A stretch of DNA of 64,000 nucleotides from positions 1,054,001 to 1,118,000 of the forward strand of contig OY253672.1 of assembly GCA_958009085.1 (NCBI GenBank), written 5' to 3'. Position 1 is the first letter of the stretch. Every line of letters starts with the position of its first letter. Position numbers and translations under genes: made by a program. The stretch comes from Protoeuglena noctilucae. Lineage: Eukaryota. The notes below the pieces were generated by a model. The model saw only the letters and a list, made by a program, of their open reading frames with translations, had not been told where the DNA came from and did no database searches. Positions 1-9,323 of the stretch are shown piece by piece.

Positions 1-2967
1 GGTGGTCATCTTCCGCGACGGCAAGTACCTGACCCTGAAGGAGGTCTTTGAGTCCTTGAAACTCAGCGCCTACGACCTCAACATCGATCTCATGGACATG
101 CACGCGGACAAGAGCACGTTCCATCGATTCGACAAGTTCAACTCCAAGTACAACCCCTGCGGCCAGTCGCGGCTGAGGGAGATCTTCATTAAGCAGGACA
201 ACCTGCTGCACGGGCGGTATTTGGCGGAGCTGACGAAGGAGATGATCCAGGACCTGGAGGCCTCCAAGTACCAGCACGCCGAGTACAGGTGTGATGATGG
301 GTGATAGATGGGTGATAGATGAGGGATGTGTGTGATAGAGGCTGTTTATGGATGGGCTTCCAAGTACCAGCACGCCGAGTACAGGTGGTGGAGGGGTGAC
401 GTGATTGTGAGTGCATGGGGTGGTGTGGGGGTATGAGAGGGGTGGCATGCGGATCTAACCCTGCCTCCTTGTCTCTTCTGTGCTCATCTGACTTGTAGGA
501 TCTCCATCTACTGTGTTTCACCATCTCTCCTGTGCCCCTTTCCCCCCCAGGACCTCCATCTGCGGTCCATTGTCTCTGTGTTTCACCGTTTCTCTTGTCC
601 CCATCACACCCCCAGGATCTCCATATACGGTCGCCAGCAGCGGGAGTGGGACACGCTGGCAGCCTGGGTGGTGCAGAACAAGCTCTACTCCAACAACGTG
701 GTGTGGATGATCCAGATACCCAGGTGAGACCTCAGATGGCATGCGAGGGGATGGCACGTTGCTGTACCTACGCACATCCCTGCAGCTCCCCTGGCCCCGT
801 CTGCACCCCTGCACCGCACGCTGCCCCTCCCTGCACCCTCCCTACCGACCCCGCTACTCCTCCCACCCCACCCACCCCCTCACCCCCCCAGGCTGTACAA
901 CGTGTACAAGGACCAGGGCCTGCTCGCCAACTTCCAGGAGATGCTCGACAACATCTTCGTGCCTCTCTTTGAAGTCACCGTGGACCCCAACAGCCACCCG
1001 CACCTCCACATGTTCTTGCGCATCGTGGTGGGGTTCGACATGGTGGACGACGAGGTGAGGGATATGTGGAATGGGTGTTGTTGGTATTACTATGGTGTGT
1101 GTGTGTGTGCATCGTGGTGGGGTTCGACATGGTCGACGACGAGGTGAGAGGTGGGGCGTGTACTGGTGGCTACCCTCACGTCCCCTTGCCGTCATCAACC
1201 CCCGCAGCCCCCCTCTCCTCCCCCCTCCCCAGTCCCACCATACTGCCCCCCTCACTGCACTGCCTCCCTCGCTCTCCCCCGCCCCCCCAGTCCCGCCCCG
1301 AGCGCCGCCCCAGCCCCAGCGTGCGCATGCCCGCGGAGTGGGACGGCATGCACAACCCGCCCCACGCCTACTACGCCTACTTCATCTACGCCAACCTCTA
1401 CACGCTCAACAAGATGAGGGAGGCCAGGGGGCTCAACACCTTCGCATTCCGGCCGCACTGGTGAGGCGGGGGGGGGCTGGGGAGAGGAGACGAGCCGTGA
1501 CTCCGCGATTTGGTACTAAGTAATTCTATGATTTTGGACAAACATGAGCACCTGCATTCCCACCCCCACCCTCACCCCCACCCTCACCCCCACCCTCACT
1601 GCCACCCTCACCCCCACCCCCACCCTCACCATCACCCACTACCATCCCTTCCCACCCCCTCCCCCCTCTCCCCACCCCCAGTGGTGAGGCGGGTGACGTG
1701 GATCACTTGGTGGCTGGCTTCATGCTCTGCCAGAACATCGCCCACGGCATCAACCTGCGCAAGTCGTCCAGTCTCCAGTACCTGTACTTCCTGGGGCAGA
1801 TCGGGCTGTGCATGAGCCCCCTCTCCAACAACTCCCTCTTCCTCGACTACCACCGGTGAGGGCAGTGGGTGTGGGTGTGGGTGTGTGAGTGCCTATGAGC
1901 GCAGCCCTTGTGGCGACCGTAACGAGGGGTGCGGGTATGGTGAGGGTAGCGCGAACTCCCCTCACCCTCCCCATTCACCCCCAGCAACCCCTTCCCCACC
2001 TGTCATGCTCTCACTCCCCATCTCTCTCCCCCTCTCCCCCCCAGCAACCCCTTCCCCACCTTCTTCGCCCGCGGCCTCCAAGTGTCGCTGTCCTCCGACG
2101 ACCCCGTCCAGATCCACCTCACCAAGGAGCCACTGGTCGAGGAGTACTCGGGTGAGCATGGGACAAGTAGTGCTATGATTAGCAATAGATGGCCATGCAT
2201 GTCCGTGTCCACCTCACCAAGGAGCCACTGGTGTAAGAGCACTTGGGTGAGCATGAGACATTCATGGTCGGTCATAACAAAATGTCATACCCGGTCTTGG
2301 TCATACCATGCGTGTCGGTGTGTGATGACGCACTGCCCTGCCCTCTCGCTGCCCTCACTTCCCCGCTCCTCTCCTCTCCTCTCCTCCCCACTACTCACCC
2401 ACACCACCCTCACCACCCTCACCATCCCTCTCCTCTTCCCCGCAGTGGCGGCGCAGGTGTGGAAGCTCTCAGCCGCGGACCTGTGCGAGATCGCCCGCAA
2501 CTCGGTGCTGCAGTCGGGGTTCCCCCACGAGTGCAAGATGCACTGGGTGGGGCAGGAGTACTGGAAGTCAGGTGAGAGTGGGTGGGGTGCTGAGTGATGC
2601 ACTGGGTGGGGCAGTGAGTGATGCAGTGGGTGGAGTGCGGGCTGGGGCAGTGGCAGCGAAAACCGGGTGGGAGTGTCAGCGGCAGCGCCGAGCACAGCAG
2701 CTATGAGCATGGTGACCGGCATCCGCCATCATGTCTCTACCTTTGCAACAATAACCGCCTCGATCTACGCCCCCTCGTCGCCTCGCAGGCCCCAGCGGCA
2801 ACGACATCCAGAAGACGAACGTGCCCGACGTGCGCCTGCGTTTCCGGCAGGACGTGTATGTGGAGGAGATGACGGTGGTGGTGGGGGGCGCGCATGCGTA
2901 CGCGCAGCGGCAGAGGGCCAAGTTAGAGAAGATGGACAGGGAGGCCAGGGAGCAGGAGGGGAAGTGA
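1..2967 (+). CDS. AMPD: AMP deaminase, 5'-partial, 7 exons in window (~1-288, 616-723, 892-1054, 1291-1460, 1682-1855, 2045-2151, 2446-2571, 2789-2967 incl. terminal exon)
   Basis: Spliced translation gives AMPD motifs [72 protein letters not shown] and NDIQKTNVP. Introns are GT-AG and the stop is TGA at 2965-2967. Confidence 0.97.
263..387 (+). repeat. 29-nt perfect direct repeat of exon end plus donor (263-291 = 359-387)
   Basis: TCCAAGTACCAGCACGCCGAGTACAGGTG occurs twice, 96 nt apart. Confidence 0.95.
1020..1148 (+). repeat. 40-nt direct repeat of exon end plus donor (1020-1059 vs 1109-1148, 1 mismatch)
   Basis: GCATCGTGGTGGGGTTCGACATGGT(G/C)GACGACGAGGTGAG occurs twice, 89 nt apart. Confidence 0.95.
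1559..1637 (+). repeat. Intronic hexamer microsatellite (CACCCC/CACCCT)n
   Basis: A tandem hexamer array is visible in the AMPD intron 1461-1681. Confidence 0.9.
2113..2260 (+). repeat. 53-nt degenerate direct repeat of exon end plus donor (2113-2165 vs 2208-2260)
   Basis: The first 25 nt are identical (TCCACCTCACCAAGGAGCCACTGGT), there are 6 mismatches overall, and both copies contain GGTGAGCATG. Confidence 0.9.
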
Positions 2968-3140
2968 GGGGAAGTGAGAGGGGAAGTGAGATGTGTGGGG
3001 TGGGTGGGGGGGAGCAGGATGGGGGGTGAGAGGGAGCAGGAGGGGAAGTGAGATGTGTGGGGTGGGTGGGGAGGGAGCAGGAGGGGTTGGTGAGAGGAGG
3101 GACGGTGGATGGGCGGGATGGGTGGGGGAGGGAGCAGGAG
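2947..3140 (+). repeat. G-rich degenerate tandem repeats spanning the AMPD stop codon and 3' flank
   Basis: Units AGGGAGCAGGAGGGGAAGTGAG and GAGATGTGTGGGGTGGGTGGG recur. Confidence 0.85.
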
Positions 3141-3733
3141 GGGTGGGACGGGTGGGAATGGAGCTAGAGGGGACTGCGGGTACTGCGGTTGGGTAGGCGA
3201 GGAGGAGCGCAAGGGAGTGGCTTGCAGTGGCATGGGTGCCGCTCTTGGTTGCCGCCCCGTGACTCGCGTTCCCTCCGCACTGAAGCGTCCTTTACTCTAG
3301 TCCCACGCTGTTTGCGCTCTTTTCATTCCTGGTATGGCCAAGGTGCCTTCCAAAGCGCAGCGTGCGCTCCGCGACTTGTTTCCGCCCCGTGCTGTCACAA
3401 AGACTTTAGTGCACAAGCCCGGCCGGTGAGCCCAGCGGGCGATTGAAGCCGAATCTCGACTTCCTGACCAAGCCTTACTGCTGACTTGATGATACGGGGG
3501 TGCCGCGGTCAGCGATTACTTGCGACACGTCGGCTCTTCCTCGACCCCTCAGCCGAGGCTGTGCTCACACCCGCCGCTTCCGCGCCTTGCCCCGGCGGTG
3601 GCGGTGCTTCGGATGCATTGACTCCCTCAACAGCCCCCGCATCGTCCCCACCATTGGCAGCCCCTCGCCCGTGGTCATCGCTCCCACCCTCGCTCCCACC
3701 ACGCGCCTGCAGGAAGGGCTTGAGGGTTCTGAC

Positions 3734-6700
3734 TCAGCCACCGTCGCCAACAGCGACTCGCTGTTGCGATATACAGTCAACCACCTCCCTCCCATCCTCA
3801 ACCAGCAAGCAACCCACAACCCCATCGTCGCACTTACACGCCCCACCACTCACCTTTCGCTTCCCTGGCCTGCGCCGGGATCCACCCAACCCCGACGCCC
3901 GTCCTCTGCCTCCCGGCACCGCAGCCCCGCCCTGCGCCTCGCTCCCCGCCCGCCCTTCTAAACCCAGCCCCTCCCCACCACCATCCACGCTTCGCCCATC
4001 ACCCCTCGCCGCGAGCCCAACCCTCTCATCCACATCCACGCCATCCCGTCGCGCATCCCCGCTCCTTGACACACCTCCCGCACCGCGCCTGGAACCCCCG
4101 CCCGACCCACGCCCCCTCGACCCCCCGCCCTCGCTCCCCCCACTCCACTCCTCCTCCTCCCCCATCTCCACGTCACCCGTCCCCGACGATAACTCACCCC
4201 CCGTGCCCGTGCTCGCACTGCCACCCTCACCACTGCCACCCTCACTGCGACGCCCCACCCTTGTCGGCCCCCCGTCAGCCACCCCGCCTGTTCTCCCCCT
4301 CATCATTGCAGTGGCCTGCCTCGTCATGTGCACAGGCGCACCCCCGGGATACGACACCTTGGTCGGCACCGGCGCACGCCACCCCTCGCTCTCTGAGGTG
4401 GTCTCCTCGTCGCTGCCCCCACCGCTGTCGACCTCGCTCCCTGTCCCCACAGCACCCACCCTCGCGCCCCTCCTGCCCCCAGCTACCCTGGCCCTCCCCT
4501 CGTCTCCCAAGTCGTCCATTGGGAGCGGCTCCAAGTCCCGCAAGCACTCCGAGGCACGCCCAGCCACCAGCACCGAGCGAGGGGCGGGTGGGGGCATGGG
4601 TGCCGGGTTGCGCGAACGCAGGATAAAGGCCCGGCCATTGACGCCGAGGACGATCGCCCCTTGGGCGGGCGGGCGAGGCTCGGGGGCGGGGAGGCGCAGG
4701 AGGGGCGGGGAGGGGCCATTGGGCGTGCTGTCGGGGGCCGGGAGGGTCAGGACGTCTGCGGCGGACTCTGGCAGGGCACCACCCGCGCCGGGGAACATGA
4801 GGTCGTCCCAGTTGCCCCTGCGTTGGGTGTGAGAGGGGCAGTGTGAGCCAGCGAGGTAGCAGCGGAATTGAGGACGCACAACAGCAGTGCAGCAACACGC
4901 CACCTCACTTTGACGACCAGACAGCTAGCACTTGCTTGGCAGAGACACCAACCCCACCATGCCCGCCCTCACCCCTCGATCTCTAGCCTCTCCTGAGCGG
5001 CGATGTCCGCCGCCCCTCCCTCTTGGGCCGCCTGCTCCGCGCGGATCCGACGCAGCGTGTCCGTCAGAAAACGCATCCGGGCGATGGTCTCCTGCGGCAG
5101 GCGAGAAACACACGGGACGACTTGCAAAGACCCTCAAGGTGCACACGGGTGCAAGGGTGCGCATCAATTTAGCTCCTCTCCTCTCCATGCCACCAAGCGC
5201 TCGCCTCGCCAGCAGCACAGCATCCCCACCCCCCTCCCCCCGAAGGTGTGAGGCGCCCTCACCTGGGACGTGGCGTACTGCGTGGCCTCCAAAGCAGCGT
5301 CGACCTTGGCCCGATTCGATCTCTTCTCCTTCACGAACTTGCGCTTGATGTGGGGGCGCGTGCGGCCGGGGAACAGCTTCGATATGAGGCTGAAGTCGGT
5401 GCCAAACTGCTCCAGCGCCAGGTAAAAGAGATCCGTCTCCCGGTCCGTCCACTTGGGACCCACGTCCCGCGGAGGGACCAGGCTGAATCCACGTGACCCC
5501 TCCGGCGCCGCCCTCCGGTACTCGTCCGCCGGGGCGCGCGTCTCGACCACCAGCCGGCGCTCGTCGACCTGGATCTGCCCGTCCACGATTCGCACCTGCA
5601 CCGCCAGCTCCTCGCCGTCGCCTCCGGTTGGCGCGGCTGCCGGGCCACGGGGGGCAGACGGCGACCCACGCTCGCCCCGGAGCTCGCCCGCGCCGCCCTG
5701 CGCCTTGCCCCCGCCGCCCTGCGCCTTCCCGGCCGCGAGGGACTTCCTGCGCTGCTCCAGCTGGTCGATGCGCTCCTGGACCGTGCTCTCAGCGATAATG
5801 TGCTGCAGGGTGCGATGGCCCCCCGCCGCCTGCGCCAGCTCCTTCTTCTTCTTAATCAGAGTCTCCAGACGCTTGACCGCCGGCAGCTGCGCCAGGGACG
5901 CGTCTGGGAGCGCCACCGGGTCCTCCTCGCCGGCCGGCGCAGGCACCAGTGCCTGCATGGGGGTGGGGTACGCAACAAGTTGCGCTTCTGCGATGAACTG
6001 CAAAGGGCATCGAGCAGGCTCACCACGCCCGGGCGCGCGGCAGCATGGGCACCTGAGATGGGTCTTGCCTCTCTGCAGGTGCTGCCTCTCGCTCCCAAAA
6101 AGGCGCAGAGGGCCCCTCACGGCCTCCCTGCACCCGCCGCCCCTCTCGCGCAAGCCCATCCCCAGACGCGGGCGCCCTGCCCGGCGCTCTCCCTGTCACC
6201 CCGCCATCTCCAGAGTCGCGCCGGGCACCGCTCTGCGCCCCCGTGCCACCGCCCATCACCCCCGCCCCCGCCCCCGTCCCTGCCCCTGCCCTCAGCGCCG
6301 CCCCCAGCCGCCCCGGACCCACCCCCGCCTCCCCCGGCCCCTCATCATCATCATCGTCGCTGTCGTCCTCCGCACGCGCCGACGCCAAGTCCAAGCCCAG
6401 GCGCCCCGCCCGTGCCAGCACCTGCGCCCGCTTCGCAGCCACGTCGTCTCTCGGGGCTTGTGGCCGTGCAGAGACCGCCGGTCCGCTGGGTCGGGCCACG
6501 GGGGACTCTGCAGCCTGTGGACGGAAGCGCGGCTGCGGCAGGGCGGCGGGCGTGGAGGCCTCCGGCCTGGCAGGGGTGGCCGCATCGACAGAGCGGCGTG
6601 GCGTGGCTGCTTCTGCAGGTCGGGCTGGGGTGGACGGCTCCGGGGCGGCACGGGCGGGAGTCCGAGGAGAGGCAGGAGGTCCAGCGGAGGTGGTGGCATC

Positions 6701-7293
6701 CGCTGCGCGGTCGCTCGGGCCCGCCAGCGGCTCCGTCGGTGCGGGGCGGGGCGGCGTGTCGGGAACCGTTCGCCCAACCGACGCTAGATACGCACGGGAC
6801 GAAGTGATGGACTTGTTCTGCAGAATGCGATTGGGAGGCAGCAGAGAGATGCCCGACAGGGCGCCCTGGCTGGCGGGGCGAGGGGCCTGGGGCTCCGGCT
6901 GGGGCTGGGTGACGGAAGGCCCCGCTGCGAGCAACCGAGGTGCGTCGCGTTGCAGTCGTGCTGTAAGACTAACCATGAGCAAAGATAGAACTTGTCGAAG
7001 GATTTCTCAGAGAGCGCATGCGACAGCGCGTCGGGAGAGGGGCGCGAGGGTTGCGCCACGCTATGCATGACGGCCCCCTCACCGCTCGCCGAAACTCCGC
7101 CATGACTCGGAGCGACATGCGCCGCTACGTCTTGTGTTTGGCTGGTGAGGGGCTGGGTCGCCGGCTCGGCTTCCTGGGTCGCCTGCGTCTGCTTCGTCGG
7201 CGTGGGCCGCGCTCCCTTGGGCTTGAACAGCGACGGCTTCCGCTGCCCGGCGCCCTCCTTCAGGTTAGCGAGTTTGCTGATGTCGAAGTTCAT
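3734..7293 (-). CDS. BDP1: TFIIIB B'' subunit (Bdp1-like SANT/Myb protein), multi-exon; 3' end approximate
   Basis: The SANT domain KWTDRETDLFYLALEQFGTDFSLISKLFPGRTRPHIKRKFVKE is preceded by VQVRIVDGQIQVDERRLVV, both typical of Bdp1. ATG at 7293 (MNFDISKL). The low-complexity last exon ends at 3734. Confidence 0.8.
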
Positions 7294-7643
7294 CTTTCCG
7301 CCAAAACCACCCCGAGGCCCTCAAAAAAATGCGCCTCCGCGTCCACACGCGGGGCCTTACATGCGAAATGCGCTGCTGACCCCTTGCGAGCAGCGCTGTC
7401 AGGTTGTGTGGTACTGCGCGACGCACCAGGGCGCAAAGGGAGAGTGTTGACAGCGTCAGTCTGGCGTATCGCCTTCGTGTGCTTCACGGCCGCGTTCGCA
7501 CGTCCTGCCGAAGAACTGCTGAGTAGACTCCTTGGCTCTGAAACCTGCCGTGACCCTCCTAGCTGCCAAACTCATCCCGCTTCTCCTCAACTTGTTCAGC
7601 CGCTGCAGGGTCTCTGCAGAGAGAGCTTTAGTCGCACGCAGTC

Positions 7644-9165
7644 ATGCCGATGGGGCTTTCACGTCCCACACGGCTGATCGCGGGCGTGGCTGGGAGCGGA
7701 GCGAGGCCAGCTCGATCGTCACGGCAGGCTGTGTGCCGTGCGGTGCAATTCCGTCCATGGTGGGCCGCAGGCCGTCGGCTGTTGATGCTGGCGCTTAACT
7801 GAACAGGAAGTCAACGACACAGAGCACCTTCGCTGGCCGGTAAACCGCTGCATCGGTCTATCCGGGCCGCCATCACTTCGCTGTGCACGGGCCTCGCTAT
7901 CCGCGCCCGCAGCATCGACATCCACAAGGGAAAGGTCAAGCAGATCGTTGGATCGACACTGCGTGACTTGGGAAGGTGCGGCGGTGCTCACCCTCTTCCC
8001 CAAGCGCACATTTCCCTGATCCGTCCCAGCCGACGTACGTACCCCGTCCCATCCTCGCAGCGACTCGAGCGCTCCTCAAACAAACTTCGAGTCAGAGATC
8101 CCGTCGTCGGAATACGCGCGGATGTACCAGGAGGACGGCCTGCGTGGCGGACACATCATCATGCTGGGGGCGGACGAGTGGTCGCGCAAGGCGAGAGGCT
8201 TCCTGGTTGCACCGAGCATGGCGCCGTTGGGGCATTGTCAGACACACCGAGAGCAGACTGTCACGCTTGGGAATGCTGAGCTTGCGGCAGCGGCGCACTC
8301 AGACCCCAGCAACGGCACTTGTTCACTCACAGGCGGCCATCGCAGCGCTGCAACAGTACCCGGGAGGCATGCACCTGGGCGGTGGCGTCAACCCGACCAA
8401 CGCGGCGGCCTACCTGGATGCGGGGGCCAGCCACGTGATCGTGACATCGTACGTCTTCAGGGATGGGGAGCTGGACGAGGGTCGGCTGGGGGAGTTGGAG
8501 CGGGCGGTGGGCAAGCAGAGGCTGGTCCTCGATCTATCGTGTCGCAAGCGGGATGGCCAGTACTACGTGGTCACCGACCGGTGGCAGCGGTTCAGCAGCC
8601 TCAGGTGTGCGACGGCGGACAGCATGTGTAACGGGCCCTGCACCGCTCTCACTTCGTCCCTGCACCTCCTGCACCTCCTCATTGGCTGGAGTACAAAGTA
8701 ACTAGTGCATACTTTTTATGACCATAGCCTGGTTCCATCGCACGCCATCGCTGCTTGCAGTCTGTCGCGGGAGTCCCTGGCTCGCCTCGCCGACCACTGC
8801 GACGAGTTCCTGGTTCACGGGGTCGACGTGGAGGGCATGAAGCTGGGCATCGATCGGGAACTGGTCGAGCTACTCGGGGAGCTCTCGCCCATCCCTGTGG
8901 TGAGCAGCGGGACCATTGAAATGGCCCACGGGCACTTTGCAGCAACTGGCAGCAAGGTTGGGAATGTATAGACCTGCGTGGCCCGTCGCGGTCGCAGACG
9001 TATGCGGGAGGAGCGACGACGCTGGACGACCTGGAGTTGGTGCGGGAGGCGGGGCGCGGGAGGGTGGACATCACGGTGGGCTCTGCGCTGGACATTTTCG
9101 GGGGGTCGCTGCCGTACAGGAAAGTCGTGGAGTGGCACCGGGCGCAGCAGGCAGCCGCCGCATGA
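7644..9165 (+). CDS. HISN3: ProFAR isomerase (His6/HISN3 type), plastid-targeted
   Basis: Spliced motifs [61 protein letters not shown] and [13 protein letters not shown]. The N-terminus is Arg/Ser/Ala-rich. One GC-AG intron (8191-8332). Confidence 0.95.
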
Positions 9166-9323
9166 CGGCAGCTAGCGCGAACATTGTGATGCATGTTTGA
9201 AAGCGCGCCACTGCACGCCACTGGCACGAGCGCCGCAGCTCGCACCTCACGAGCCCTTGCACAACACGGCACTCCTTGCATCAAACTCTACCCCACCCCC
9301 TATGCGCCCTATGCCCCGCCCCG

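Noticed and set aside
263..635. Repeat-spacer-like pattern reminiscent of a CRISPR array
   Set aside because: There are only 2-3 copies, they derive from exon edges of a eukaryotic gene, spacing is irregular and no cas genes are present.
1510..1815. ORF with a His-Pro repeat (HPHPHP), resembling a metal-binding peptide
   Set aside because: It is the translation of an intronic hexamer microsatellite in AMPD.
3486..6807. Long antisense and overlapping ORFs here and throughout the ORF track (e.g. 38248-39831, 44045-45745, 50945-52417)
   Set aside because: They are Pro/Arg/Ala-rich shadow frames expected when stop codons are rare at high GC. They lie opposite identified genes and have no motifs.
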